NCBI GenBank assembly: GCA_964016885.1
Contig: OZ024758.1
Coordinates: forward strand, 9,238,001 to 9,302,000
DNA: 64,000 nucleotides
Source: Eledone cirrhosa
Lineage: Eukaryota
Direction of reading: 5' to 3'
The translations under genes and the position numbers were made by a program. The notes beneath the pieces were generated by a model. That model worked only from the letters and a program-made list of their open reading frames with translations, was not told the DNA's origin and made no database searches. Each line of letters begins with the position of its first letter. Position 1 is the stretch's first letter. Positions 13,302 through 27,790 of this stretch are shown piece by piece.

Positions 13302-13458
13302 GTGTCCTGAGGGTTGTACTATTCGCCAAAAAATGATGTGTGCTGCAACAAGTAAAGCATTAAAATCAGCTTTCAATGGTATTCAAGTTGATGTTCAAGC
13401 ATGTGATATGGATGATCTAGAATTTGAAGGAGTACAACAAAAGGTTGAGAAGTCATGA
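13302..13458 (+). CDS. ADF/cofilin paralog A, coding exon 2 (W-CPEGCTIRQKMMCAATSKALK...VQQKVEKS*)
   Basis: A polypyrimidine tract and TTTAG|G acceptor at 13300-13301 complete the TG|G Trp codon in frame. It carries WCP, the KMM helix and QACD motifs, with TGA at 13456-13458. The joined protein is 149 aa and the intron is 11,573 nt. Confidence 0.93.
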
Positions 13459-13540
13459 ATATTCTCATTTTTTTCTTTTTTTTTTTTTCCCTCTGAAAAT
13501 ATATCTTATCTTCATGTATACACAAACATATAGTCTCAAT

Positions 13541-13674
13541 TTGCATTGTACTTGTCTAACCATGAACATTTTAAAAAGAATTTTTCAACACTGAAAATTT
13601 TAGATTTTATAACTGATAATTGTTCCATCTGGCTGCTGTAGACAATGAACATTTCTTCTCTGCTGTTTTATAAC
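13541..13674 (+). promoter_or_regulatory. Conserved 3'UTR blocks of cofilin A (shared with B at 31446-31574, minus strand)
   Basis: Four collinear blocks occur in both UTRs: TGCATTGTRCTYGTCTRACCATGAA, GATTTYATAACTGA, CATCTGGCTGYTGTAGACAAT and CTCTGCTRTTTTATAAC. Confidence 0.65.
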
Positions 13675-13878
13675 AAGTTAATTTTATGACATTCACCACT
13701 GGATTCTATTTTGTTGGTTATCCCATATAGATAAATCCAGCAATATAAAAATACTGCTTATAAATATTAAAGGATTAAATCTAATTGTTTTTTTTTTCTT
13801 GTGAAGTTTATGAGTGGAGTAAATTCTGATGGCAAAATGAGTTATGATTTTGAAGCCTAAAGCTTTGACCAGCATCGA

Positions 13879-13933
13879 AATAAAATGTGATAGATAATGG
13901 ATTTTAAGAGCTTTATACTTTGTTACCAATAAA
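13879..13933 (+). terminator. Candidate polyadenylation signals of cofilin A
   Basis: AATAAA at 13879-13884 and 13928-13933, about 420-470 nt after the stop codon. The AT-rich background makes this weak evidence. Confidence 0.35.
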
Positions 13934-16900
13934 CTCTTTTATTATAAATTATGTATACTTTAGCTCTATAAAAAAAAAAAAAATTAAAAATTATGGATAT
14001 TTTGGTTTAAATTGCTGTGACTGCTTCTTCCTAAAGTGGCTCAAATTTTTGTCTGCATCTTTCTCAGCCAGTTGCTTTTAACCCTTTTGATACCAATTCA
14101 CCTAAACTTCTCTCTGTTTTAAAGTGTTTATATTTGTATTAAAACCTTCCATCCTGAATTTATGTAACAACCTTTGTTCAAAACATCAGGTCATGTTACT
14201 TATTTTCTAAATTAACTCTTTTGTTACTATATTTCAATTAATGTCCATAACATTATTTTCCTGATCACAATAAATTTGACACTATATTGAAAAGAAAAAG
14301 CTACTCGTTTTTGTTTTCTATTTGTGAATTATGAATGTAATAAAGAAAATGTATGCAAAATATTTGTAAAAGATTTCCGAAAGATCATTTAATGTGTATG
14401 GTTTTACCTGCTAGAAGGCTCATCACAGACCAAGCCAATACTCAAGTGGTTATGACCTCTGACAGACTGCTTACATATGTTCCTGCATTCTACCAATGCT
14501 GAGTAGCTGGGAGACCAAATCTTACATTCCTGTACTCTTGAGAGCATTTCATCATGCCATCAACACTGGGAGAGTTGTCATGCCCTTGACATAACTTGAG
14601 CTCTCTCAACTTTTTTTTTTTATTTTGTGTGTGTGTGGTTTCTACAACCACCTTAGTGTAACATTTTTTTTTAGGCTGCTCTTACATTGTATAGTTGATG
14701 TAATTATACAAAACTTTATTTCTGTGCTTTAGAAATTCAACATTGATACATAGAGAATAATTGATGAAATGTGTATTAGTAGTGTATACTTAGCCTACCC
14801 TAAATGTTTTTGATATTTTTCTGTATGATGTATTTAATAGGAAATTAAAAATAAATTTAAATGTCTTCACAGACATTAATAATTTTCTTTCTTCAATAAA
14901 ATTGTGTAAAAAGCTGCTGATAATTTTAGTGATTATTACTTGCATTTTCAGACTAGGAGTATTTTACTCTAAGTGAACATATGCAGGGACTTCAGGAAAA
15001 ACTCCTAATAAACACTGGTTTACAAACAGTACATTGGTTCTGCTTTCTCTCATTCTTGCTGCCACAAACTACAATAAATTACAACCCCTCCAGAGCAATT
15101 CCATCATTAGGCTGTATTCACACCAAGCCTGTAGAACCAATGGGAGAATGCCTATGTGGCTGCTTGAACTAGTAGAAATGACAGTAAAATCTTGCAAATT
15201 TCGCCCAACTCTCTTAGCCCTTTCATCACTACATTTTTAATAAAATACACTCTATTTCAATTAATTGATGAAGAATTTTGAGGGATTTACTAAAATTATC
15301 AATTATTTCATTGAGGCAGTAAGTGTAAGGTTCTTATATAGAATTGTTGGAAGACTTTAATTTAAACTGGAAACCTTTAAAATGGGTGGTTTTATTTCAT
15401 AGAATCGGAGCCAGTTTTGGTTGGGTTGGTAATTAATAATGGATTAGTTACATTAGTCTGTAACTGACAGAATTGTTATGGCTAGAATGCTTTCAGCTAT
15501 AAGGCTGACTTGAGACTAGACAAACTTTATTGTGAAATCTAAATATTGGAATAGTTTTCATTAGAGAAGTTCAAAATTGTATTATTTTGCTTAGTAAAGG
15601 TGAAACTATATCTTGCACAGTATCATTCTTCTACTGTGCAGGCAGGTCCAATTTCTGCATAGTAAAGGTTGTTTGTTTGCAAACGTGTGCTTTTGAACCT
15701 TTTGGTACTGGCATGCTCAAAACCACATCTGGCTCTATGAAACAAAACTACTCATTCTAGAGGGACCCTATTTAAATCTTCCAAAATAATTTGATATAAC
15801 CTTTTGAATTTGTTACAAATACCATCTTAATGTAATTAATAATTATAGTAAATCCCTCCATTCTTTGTAATTAATTAAAGTACAGTGTATTTCATCAGAA
15901 ATATGGTAATGAAAGGATTAACACTTGATTCAGTGAGATATGAATTTCTACATTATCAAGTATGCCTTGCTAATGCAGTGTTAAAGTAAAGCTATGACAC
16001 ATTAAATTAACAAACCGTTTTTTTTTTTTTTTTTAATTATAATTTTTATGCTAAATCATTACAAGATAAGAGTTAACTAATACTATATCCGCGTCCTTCT
16101 TGGTTTACCTCTACTGCAGGTTCCATTCACTGGCACCTCTTCACCCATTGATTTTTTTTTTTTTTTTTTTTTTTTTTCATTTTTTTTTATTTTTTATTTT
16201 CTTGTGCTTCATTGTACCAATATACTGTGCAGCTGTTCCAAAATGTTTACATTTTAAGTGTATATATACATTGCTTCCCCCCCCCCCCCTCATTGATTGT
16301 ACACTTTGGGAAACCATGTCTTGTTCATGCAGTCTATTTTTGACAGTTTCTATTGATTGATTCCCTTCCTAATGCTAACCAATTTACAGAGTGCACTGGA
16401 TATATTTTATCTTGACACCAATGCTACCATTTTACTATGGCACCACCACTATAGAAGTGCTGACCTCAGCAGGGCAAAGTGAAGCAGAAATGGGAGGAGT
16501 GTATGAGATTAAGACTGGCATAGCTATATATTCTTTGAGAGACAGGGAGAACAAGTGTTGGGTGGATGTTGCTAGAAGTAGACTTTGAAGTTGGCATGCT
16601 GGTGCCATGACAAAAAAAAAAATTTAGTTCACTGTGTAGTGGGGTTGCCATGACAAAAGTACCCACTCTAACACCTGTATGGTTGTAAATGTGATGCTGT
16701 GGAAAAAGCTCACTATATGCTGTAATGGGGTTGGCCTCCAAATGTAGAAAACTAAACCCAAAATGGATTGTAGGAGCAAAATGTCATCTGACCTGTCTAG
16801 CATCATAACAGCCCATCTAAGCCATGCAAGCATGGAAAATAGATGTTAAATGGTGATGATGATATTCAAACCTACATTAGAGTATAGCTTACAGTGTACT

Positions 16901-17693
16901 AAGTCAGCATATTAAAATGGAGGGAGAACACTCATAACCTTCACAGGCTCTTCAAGACTGGCAAAATCAATGTTTTATGATCAGTCTGAACATCTGTAAA
17001 TACCTGTCTATAAAGGAAAGGTGGTTGGAGAGGGGGAATTCCAGTGTTTTTAGCCAGGTAGGTAACAGAAGGATTAAGTTATGCTCAGATGGGTTATCAG
17101 TTTGGAAGCCCATTTCAATATTGATCTATGGTATTGGACAACTGACCACAAGATTATAATTTCAGATTTCAGTATAGCTATTGTTTTATACACATGGAAC
17201 AAGAGATTTTGGTTTTTGCTTTAATTTACCTGACTGTACAAATAAGAGTCAAGTTAGGACTCTCCTGTCATCAAAGTGTAGGTTGATTCCCTTGGCTGCC
17301 TTAAATGATGTTATCAGAAGGTGCTTTGACCGGTTCTTCTTGCTCTTGCTCGATGGGACTGGGGTCAGCAATCTCTGAGGAATCATTGTGTGTGTATGGG
17401 GTCATCATATGTCAGCAATCCCTGAGGAAACCGTGTGTAGAGCTGACCAGGTTCACCAGTGCCCTCCTTTCATAAAAAAATAATACTTTCGTTATTGTAT
17501 ACTTCTTCTTTGCCCTTACAATCTTCCCAGGAATAAGTGGGCAGAGTCCTCAAACACTTCTTCCAGTGGGTCAGATGTGTATTTAGTATGGAAAACACTC
17601 CTTTAATGTATTTTTCTCAACCATATCATCATCATCACCATTGTTTATATGCCTTAGATATGGTGATACATCGTCAAGAATAAGCATCAATAT

Positions 17694-18117
17694 TTAACCC
17701 TTTCATGACAGCATTTCTAACGAAATACACTCTATTTTAATTAATTGATGAAGTATTTTGAGGGATTGATTAAAGTTATTGATTATTTCATTGGTAAGAT
17801 AATAACTTAATGTAAGGTTCTTATATAAAATTGGAAACCTTTAACCCTTTAACATTTAAACTGGCCATATCTGGCCAGAATTCTCTCAGCTCTTTCTGTT
17901 CAAACCAGTCATAACTGATCACTCTTACTGATGTTAAGGTATTGTTCTCAAAATAAATAACATCAAAATCTCATACATTTGATATGTGAGATAAAGCCTT
18001 TACTGTGAAAATACAATAGTCCATATAAAATAATGTAAATGTTAAAGGTTTAAAATGAGTGGATTTATTTCATAGAACCAGAGCTAGGTTTGGCCAGGTT
18101 GGTATCTAAAGGGTTAA
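17694..18117. mobile_element. TTAA-flanked (piggyBac-like) MITE with a second TTAA MITE nested at 17841-18053
   Basis: Termini are TTAA-CCCTTT...AAAGGG-TTAA. A sister copy at about 15215-15435 has the empty site GGAAACCTTTAAAATG. Confidence 0.75.
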
Positions 18118-19049
18118 AATGAATGATATTTAAATGGAAAAACTATAAAACCAAAATGATCACAATTAATTTTTCAGTTAATTGTTGCTTTAGGTTTTCT
18201 CTTACATAGAATAAAATCTCAACTCTTGTGCCAAACTGAAATGATTTATAAAATTATTTTGTTCAAATTTTTGTGGCTAGGAAAATAAACAGTGAAATAA
18301 GAACTGTAATTTTGAAGCAAAAGCACACATTAAAAATGGATGAGACTTGATAAAAAATGTTTTCCAGCTTAGATATAAATGGAATATAATTTGTTTCTTC
18401 TGAACTGTAATGACAAAGATATGTGTATGTAAAATGAGGTTGGCTATTTAGATAAATAGTCTGAATTATTTTCAGCAATACAGATAATGACTGTTTTTGT
18501 TCATGTTGATAGCATAACACACATAAACACATAGAATTAGGCACACACATACACACATATATATTATCATCCCTATTCACATTTTTTTTATGTGTACATA
18601 CCATTAAATATAAGCTTACTTAACTTAAAGCACCTTTATGGTTATGTAATTTTTTTCACATATACACATTTACATACACAGACATTCATACATGTATATT
18701 ATATATAATTGTTGTGTATCATCACCATTTTAGGCTTGAGTTTCCATACACATACATATATGGAAGTACATGATGGCTTTGTGTGTATGGAAACTATAGG
18801 TGTTGTATAAAAAACGAGAAGTTTAGGTTTCTGAAGTTCTGTGATACATATGATCTAACCATTTGTAACTAAAACTTCAGGAAACCAGCCAGCCACCTGA
18901 TTACCTGCCAATCAGGAAGACGTACAAACCAAGGAAACCTCATTCTCACTAGGAAATGAGATAGATGAATGGTCATAAATGCCAAGCTCCTCTAAGGGGA
19001 AGAATGTAGCTCCCAACACAAATTAGTAACTAGTGACCTTGGAGAAGAA

Positions 19050-20075
19050 GCACATGGAACCCCTCAGAAATAAATTTAGAGAAATCCTACTTGATGGCTA
19101 TAACAGTAAGAAAAAGTAGCATAGAAAAAAATTGGGAAGATTTACGAGAAAACCGGCTGAAAGCCCTGAACTGGGTGTGCAGCAAGATAGAAAATGAAGT
19201 GATGGTGGAATGATAGGGTAGACATAACAATAAAAACAAAGAGCCAAACCTGGAAAGGGGAAACAGAAATTGCAAATAGAAGAAAGGCTAGTCACCAAGT
19301 ATACTTAGCAAAGAAAGAAGCTGAAAAGAACAATATGAGGATGAGAGGTGTGAAGTGTTGCAGATTACAAGACTGTGCTCGAGAAAATCATGATGTATTT
19401 GGGGAAAAGTGTGTTTGAAATGATAGTGAAGAACTTTGGCTGATGTTGAAATGGAAGTCATGCTGAACAAAGAGAATAAATGGGATAGGAGACCCAAATG
19501 AGGGACCAACCATAAAAGTTGACAGCAGTGTGACAGACAAAACAATTAAGGATATGAAGGTAGCTGGACCATCTAGTATAGTTGCTGAAATGCTAAAAAC
19601 AAATCTGGCATAGTAGGTTATGAGCTAGTCAAATGTATAATCAATCAGGTAGTTCAGGATGGTGTCATACCAAATGACTTATGTAGCAGTAGCTTCGTAA
19701 AGTGCAGGGTACTAGAGAGAGAGATAACTACAGAGGCATCAAGTTGATGGATTAAGTCATGAAAGTTACTGAAAGTGTTGTAGGAATGGAATCAAGCTAG
19801 ATCTCCCCTTCCTTGTCAGACAACTTGTGGCAGCCATGTACAGAGGTGCAACCAACAAGGTGAGAGTTGGCAATGAGTACAGTGACGAATTTGAAGTGCA
19901 GAAGGGAGCTCATCAAGGCTCAGTCCTTGGTTCAGGCAATAACTAAGCTGTTTAATACTGACACTCCATTAGAACTCTTGTATGTTGATGATCTAATCCT
20001 TATATTTGAATCCGAGGGAGAGTTAAAAGCAAAATCTAGAATCAAAGTAAAGTTAGTGCAGATCAAAGTCCTATT
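19050..20075 (+). mobile_element. Heavily decayed RTE (BovB-like) LINE fragment
   Basis: Remnants AGPSSIVAEMLK, NYRGIKLMD and ELLYVDDLILI (the YxDD region). Confidence 0.7.
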
Positions 20076-20170
20076 AAGTAAGAAGGAAAACGGGAATCTA
20101 ATAATCTAATAAACAAATTTTCATAATTAAATATATAATTTGGATTTAATGCTCTGAAATAGCGATATAT

Positions 20171-20396
20171 ATGTGAAGACAAACATAGAATATTCGTGTC
20201 GTTCTCGATAAAAGCATTGGATATGTAATCCTGATGATTTCTAACAAGAATGAAACGCGTAGATTACTTCCCTTGCTTTTATCGAGAATCTCAAATTGTA
20301 ATACGTGACGTATTCTATTCTATAGCGATTAGGTCTTCAAAATGTTTATTATAAACATACAGAATATTTTCGAATATTCTATGTTTGTCTTCTCAT
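20171..20396. mobile_element. MITE-like element with 26-bp terminal inverted repeats
   Basis: ATGTGAAGACAAACATAGAATATTCG (20171-20196) matches the reverse complement of 20371-20396 at 25/26 positions, with TA-rich flanks. Confidence 0.6.
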
Positions 20397-23300
20397 AAAT
20401 ATATAATAATTTCTTGCTATTAATAAATGAATCACAGCTTTGCCATGTAGCAACATTGTGGAGACAACCAAAACGGTAAAGTAGATCATATGGTGTTCTG
20501 ACTCGTAACATGATTTGGCATGGGTGAGTGTGAACTATGTAGTAATTTTCTTAGAGTTGTCAGATTTAAAAAATGTTAAAATTAAGATTTGTTAGTTTAT
20601 CAAACTGTAAGTTGAAATAATGGGGCACATAAGTTGCTCCTGCATTTGATCCTTCTTCACATATATGTGTGATCTTTGATTCAGTTTTATCCCCAGCTCC
20701 CACTCCACCCATTAACACAACCACTTCCATACACACTATTCTCTCCTACAGCATTCTATTGGCAAATTTTGTATGAAAGAAACAAAAATTCCTGAGCTAT
20801 AAATTGCCTTGTCCTAAATAACAATAATTATTTTGAAAGCATTTGATGAAACTTGTATAAATATATAGATAAATATATAAATATATAGATAAACAAACCA
20901 AAAAAATGCTGTTGTTTTTTTAAACTGCCAACTACACACTGGTTGCTGATTGAGGATATATTAAAGTGTTGTATGTAACTTTTAGGCCATCAAACTGTTC
21001 TTTATTCATTACAGTCTAGCCTTGATTAATAAAGTGTTGGAGCTGAATTAAATTAATTTTTTTGTTTGTTTTTCATTTTTTTTTTTTTGCTGGTTGCTAC
21101 TTCTAACTCGGTTAGGGGTATTAACTCTTAACTTCCTGTACCACAATGAAACTGCATTAGTAAGACATTCTTGAAACGTACAAATCAAAAATATTAATTA
21201 CCTATGACTGCATCACTTTAAGAATTAAAATCTTTAGTTTATTGCAAATTTTCACTAGTAAAGATATGACATATTTGAATTGACAAACCTGTTTGTAGAT
21301 ATTTTCTGCTAAATCATTACAATAATTGTTTCTACTTTTGGCACAAGGCCAGCAATTATCCCAGTACATTCATTACATTAATGATAAGAGTTAATGTTGT
21401 TGCCGCCAACAACGATGATAATAATAATTTCCCTCTCATCAATGGGAGGTACAGCTTAATTTCTCATCTCTGGCCTTTATGTCACTGTCTTAGAAAATAT
21501 ATCAATGATAAATGTAACAAATAGTCATTTTTTTACATAGTTTTTAGATTAATTAATGAATCAATAGGGGTAGGTTATCAAGGTAATTAATTATTTTTGT
21601 AGTAGTGTTCACCTATCCTATTTAGACTCCTCATTAAAGTTAATTATATGAATAAAGTAAGAGGGATTATAATGTTGTGTAAGTGTTCATGAAAGGTGAA
21701 GTGCAGTTAGCTTTGCCTTTCATCCTTATTTGGTCTCAATGAAATAAAGTACCAGTAATACACTAGACTCAATTTTATCGATTTCCCCCTCCCCTAAAAT
21801 TGTTGGCCTTGTGCCGAAATCAGAAATCATTATTAAGCTGAAACAGTACCAGTAATACACTGGGATAATTGTTGGCCTTGTGCCAAAAGTAGAAACAATT
21901 ATTAAGCTGAAACAAATTTACGATAGCTTTTTTTTATAAATATAAACAATTAAGTTGATTTGAGTGAAATTATTTGGTTAATGCCATCATCATAGGCCCC
22001 ATTTGGTCATGGCTGACCATAGGATTGCTTCTAGAAAGTTCTTCCCCAAAGTACAAGCCTGGACAAGGGGACTTTTGTGGAAGATTAGCATCCCACCATG
22101 CCAATCTCCACTCTCCATGCCACCAATGTTGTTCAAAGGAAAGGCCAAGGTCAAGATAGTTTGGCACCAGTGATGTCACTAATTTTATCTAGCTGAATGA
22201 ACTGGAATAATATGAAATAGACTGTCTTGCTCAGGGTCACATTGCACAGCCTGGTCTGGGAATCAAACTCACAACCTCCTATTTTATATCCTTCAATCAT
22301 TTTTAACAACTACCAATACTTATCAAAAGCATAAAGAATACTTTCTCATACCTTTTATTCTCAACTGTTCATACACACATATTTTCAACTATATAACCAC
22401 ACACTGTGATAGTGTGTTTGAAGAAAATCTTAGTTTCAGTTCGACCACACCTTTGTCACACAAAATTTCTCTGAGAATTATATGAAGAGTAGGCATGTCT
22501 GTAGATTTCTCAGCCATTTATGCTTTAATTTCACATCAAGTTCCATTGATTAAACCAATAGGAGCAGCCATCATTTGAAACAATGGCGGCTCAACACACA
22601 CGTATCTCCATATTACTCTTTAATGCAGGAGAGTAGGGAGCATAAATAATTATGATAAGTCATTTCATTTTTTTAATGACTTTTAAGGCTTGTTCAAGGA
22701 ACCATCATATCATCATCATCATCATCTTAATGAACACTGTTACTCCCTTACTTGCACACACGCAATCTCTGGTTACACTGTATCAAGCCCATCAACCTCA
22801 TCATCATCATCACCACCACTTGCTCAAACGGTTCTGTTTGAGCAATACATCGTCTTCTGATTTGACTTGGCTCACAACAGGATAACCCATCTAACCCATT
22901 GAAAAATGGACATTAAACAGCAGTGGTGGTGATGATGATGATGATGATGATGCTGCTTGTTTACTTTCTGCTCACACCTTACCTACCTGTATACATACAA
23001 ACATAAAAGTAGAGAAGATACAGACTATTGACTTCCACTTCCTGCCCTAGAATACATAATCAACTTAACCTGGATGGTTATTGAAGGAGCTGGTAGCGAC
23101 AGATTTTAAGGAATTTATTATTAAATGTTTTATTCTTGATAAAAGAAAGCCACTTAGACATTGACAGCAGTGCAAGTTCCTCAGGAAATTTACAATAAGA
23201 GCAATTGTAGAAAGGGCATTGGTAGGAAAACACTCCTGTCTTATATTTTTCTTTATATTACACACACGCACACACTTATATACACACAAGCTGTGTAGAA

Positions 23301-24083
23301 ATACATACATGCATATAAACTTTCCCAATCCTTGCTGGGTTTCTTTTAAAACAGTAAACTGTAAACAAAGAGCTTTTATTTATTTATTTTTTACTGGTCT
23401 ATGGATGTGAGAAATAATTTTGTTGGAGTAAAAAATAGTAAAAAGATGAACATATTGCTGATGAAGGGTCCACACATTTTTTTTTTCTGGTGTGGCCAAG
23501 CGATCAAAATAGTTACATAGTTCTAGTTAAAAATACATGGCAATGTTGTATTTCAGCTCCACAGCATCATATCTTGGGGACTTCTTACATGGTTTGTTGG
23601 CCTTTAAATGCAAGGTTTAACCTGAACCAAAGTATGATCTGAGCCATTCTTGCTGCCCATTTCAACACCATGACAAGCTTAGCCATTGACCACAAAGCTG
23701 AACCAGTGAAAATGAACAATGGGGTAGTTGTTCAGATTGGCTGTAAAGCTATCATTTGAATACCATGCGACCAAGTGTTTTTTGGTGGGTGTTTGAACTG
23801 GGCATTCATTATCACGAACAGGTTCACAGTAGCAAAGTTTACAAAGCAGCCTCATTGGTAAAGCAATCACTGACTGCAAACTTAACTAAGGATCTATTTA
23901 TTGCTTGTATCATCCTTTCTTGTGGGGACATTCACCTGCAATAATGAGAAGATTGCTAGAGTATGTCTTTTTGACAGATGACTAGAGGTCACTGTAGAAC
24001 TGATTCCTTCATATGGTTATCACTATCCAAAGTTGGTACATAGACTGCTATTACAGAAATGTTACAAAAGGTGCCCTTTAGAG

Positions 24084-24295
24084 CAGTGATTCCCAATGCG
24101 GGGCACATGTCTCATAAGGGGGAAATTTGAAAATGATGTTAATGAGAACAAACCTCAAGTTTTAACTTATTACTTTTACGCCAAAACAACTTTGGTACAC
24201 ATTACTGTCAAAAACTCCTGTCTCACCTCCTCCACATGTTATTCTACATATGGCACCACTTATACACCAATATGTTTACACTTTGGGAACCACTG
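24084..24295. mobile_element. hAT/Charlie-like MITE
   Basis: TIRs are CAGTGATTCCCAA...TTGGGAACCACTG, with an imperfect 8-bp TSD CTTTAGAG/CCTTAGAT. Confidence 0.6.
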
Positions 24296-27200
24296 CCTTA
24301 GATAGATCTGGGCTAAGTGATGAGATATCAACAGACTCCCAGCACAACATACATGCATTGACCTACTTTCTGAGGCCAAAGACAACATCATGCTGCTCAG
24401 AATCACTCTGAAGACCACAATGACACAAGTGGTAGTTGACTGAGGACTAAAGAATCCTAAAAGGTTGACAGCCAGAACCTAGTGGTCTCACCTTTGAGTG
24501 ATACACAATGTCTACGTTGAAGTGGTGTATCATACGCAAGGTTAGTATTTCTCTTTCTACAGTCACATTCACATGTTCCAGCAGGCAAAGAAATATCTCT
24601 CCCGACAGCTTCCACATTTAACACTTGCTCTGCTACATGAATGTGTCCACTCACACATTTGTTAAATAATTATTCATATATTGTCCTTTTCCAAACTTGG
24701 GCAACCTTTCTCTCTCTTTTTCTATCCCATCTCTCCTCACACAGATGTATAATTATTCATATACTGATTTGCACAAGAATACACAATGGAGGTTTTATTT
24801 GAGATAGGGTTTTTGCAGGTGGTCTGCAACAACTCAGATCTCTATGTATTGACACACTTATGGATAAAAGTCTTTTTTTGTGTGCAGGTTCATTTCCTCA
24901 CTTCAATGTCCCATAGCCCTAATGTTGTCTTTAATAGCTTCTCTCTAGAATGGATGGATTGCCCATTAATTCCCTGCATGGGCAAAAGATAAAATCTTCT
25001 TTGTGGTCTTCTTGTTTTGTTGTTATTGATGTTGTTGCTGTAAATGTATGTCTCTGCAATGACGTCAATACAGGAGTGTCAAGAGCTGCTTTTACAATTG
25101 ACAGTGACATCAATCTTTCTGGTTGCTATGATAGCAAGCAACTCTAGTGACTGTTGTCATGATGCTTCCATCCTTTCCAAAATTAGGGAACTTTTAACCC
25201 CCCCCCCCCTCTCTCAAATGCTGCTGCTTTGAAATATGGATATTCTGGATTTAAAAAAAACCCCATCTAATTTCAATGAGCATATGGTGCCAAAGCAGGA
25301 GCACCATAACAAACGATAATAAACACCTGTGGGTCAGTTTCTCTGCAGCATAGTCAACAACAAATAATAGTTTTAGGACAAAATCAACCAAACAATATTT
25401 GAAAGTTACAGACACATCATGTGACATTCAGAGAAGCAGAAGCACCAACACCAACACCAATAGTAGTTATAATGGTTTCTAATTTTACCAGCAGTTCAAG
25501 AGGAAAAGGAAGTCAATTAAATCGACTCTAGCACTCGACTGGCACTTTATCCTATTGAATCCAGAAGGATGAAAGGCAAATTTGACCTGCAAAGGGCTGT
25601 AACTATATGCCACAAAGCATTTTGTCCAATGATCTACCAATACTAACAATGGTTCCGGTTAGCCTCCATTCACTCCTCATCATTGTAAATGGATGGGATA
25701 GTATTGCAAGGAGGAGGGGTGTCAGCATTGCCCATTGTCCACTTAGGTCTAATCAAGGATCTCCATAGATCCAGGATTTGAAGTTACTTGTGCTATGTTT
25801 GCAACTTGCTTTGCCTTCAAATTTACTGGAGGAAGCATCTTTATCTCCCCTCTCAAAACTTCTTCAGGTTCCATCAACACAGCTACCACTTTCTGGCTCT
25901 TCAAACTAGGAATTTTTCCAATCTACTGCCAGCTGCAGTAAACATCTGCCAAAATGCTGGTTAACAAATCTGGCATATATATATATATAAAGCTCATAGA
26001 GCAGATCATCTAAACTAGGTGATTTGTGCCATATACAACCACTTACCGCTATCTGTATCTCAGTTGATGATAACATTTTTCATGAATCTGTATCTCCTGC
26101 TGAGAGCCTTCTCAGGTCATTAAGGTTGGCACTAAAGTCCACTACTCTCTTTAAACCACCAGTCATCCTTAACTGTTGACTAAAGTACCATTGAAAACCT
26201 GCTTGAAATTGAGTGGCATGTCTCATCATGGTCCATCAAAGACCAAATTGTGATTTTTGCCATGTAAGCACATTAAACAGTTCTCGTTTCTGTCTCAGAG
26301 TATGCACCTTAGTTCTGACAATGCAATCCTTGCATTGAAGAAATTGCTAAGGTTGATTCTTGCTACATCTTTCCTAATGTAATTTGCTCACTAGCCCCCT
26401 ATCTCATCCACGCCTTTCTATTGCCAATTCTGTGTAAAACTTATTGATCCTACTCTAATCCCTTTTTTCAGTATGCCGTCTTCCCTCTTGCACACTACTT
26501 CTGATTCCTCTTATACTCAGTTCAGCCAAGCTCTGTCAGTCTCTTACATTAACATAACACATTCATCGAAGCATGCTAGCTTCATTTCCCACCAGCCTTT
26601 GCATATTCTCTACCACTCACTGCCCATTTTTCACTTCTATACAACATCACATTTCACACACAGGCATCATACAGCCAGCCTTTCATTAGTAGGGAAAAAC
26701 CTTTTGTTGACAACAGGGGTGGTATTCTATTATATTCACTCCTTTTATTTAAGTAATTTAAAATTTATTTTTCAAATATACATAGTACCCCACCTATCCA
26801 GCAAAAAACAAAAACAAAAAACAAGCCAGCTGAACAAACAGTTTATCTATGCTCTGTGAACAAGACGGTCAAAGCACTGTCCTGAAGAACAAGCTGTGAT
26901 GTTTGCTGTATCAGCCACTCCATCTCATTGGTAGAAAAGAACAGTAGTTTGGGGAGTGAGGTCACGAGAGGTCTCAAGAGAAATCTGTTTATCACTGATA
27001 TTCATCATATTCTCCTCTATGTTGAGTAGCAGCTTGTGAATTTATGACTGAAGTGACAGGATACACACTGCAGAATCTCATATATTTACAATCTGTCCAA
27101 TGATGCTACTATAACAAATTCACTCTGATGAAATATTTTGAAATAATTACAACAAAGAAAATATACAAAAAAAATGTAAACTGCTTCTCCCAATATGCGT

Positions 27201-27456
27201 GTGTGCTGTAAAAGGGAAGTATAAACGTTAATAAACAACTTCAATGTGATATAAAACCTGATAACATAAAAATAGGAGTGAGTTCTGAACTAGTTATTGT
27301 TTAGTAAACATACAATAGGTTTTTTTTGTTTTGTTTTTATATCCTGCTACACCCAGTCGAAGAATAAAGTAATTTTGATACTTTCAACAACCATTAGTAT
27401 TTTCTAGTAGCATCAAAACAATGCAAACCACTTTTGTTCCCAACAGCTTTTTATTA

Positions 27457-27790
27457 TCTATATATATAAAACAAAGAATGTCTGTGAATCTGTTTCCCTA
27501 AAACTCGACAAGTACCCAACCGTTTTTTTTCAAACTTTACACATGTAATACGTATGGCCCTGTGAGTGTTTTGAGCAAAAAAAAAAAAAAATTTCAAATT
27601 ATTTAGTCCTAGGGATCGAATTAGTGAAGTGGCCAATGCCTGTACATAATTGTTTCTACTTTTGGCACAGTGGCCATCCAGACATTGACCCCTCATTTTT
27701 AGGGCTGTCAGTGAACGCACACACAACCCTATTTAAGGGTCCCTACTTGAAATTGTTTGACGGTTACCGCAATGGTAAATTCAAATCGTC
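27457..27790 (+). mobile_element. Possible non-autonomous Helitron-like repeat with a nested SINE tail fragment
   Basis: Starts A|TCTATATATATAAAA followed by TGTCTGT and AACCG..TTTTCAAACTTTACACA, which resembles invertebrate non-autonomous Helitron 5' ends. I did not identify a 3' CTRR end or hairpin. Confidence 0.35.

Noticed and set aside
13969-13983. Genomic poly(A) after AATAAA suggesting a retrocopy of cofilin A
   Set aside because: The gene retains an 11.6-kb intron, and A-runs are ubiquitous in this window.
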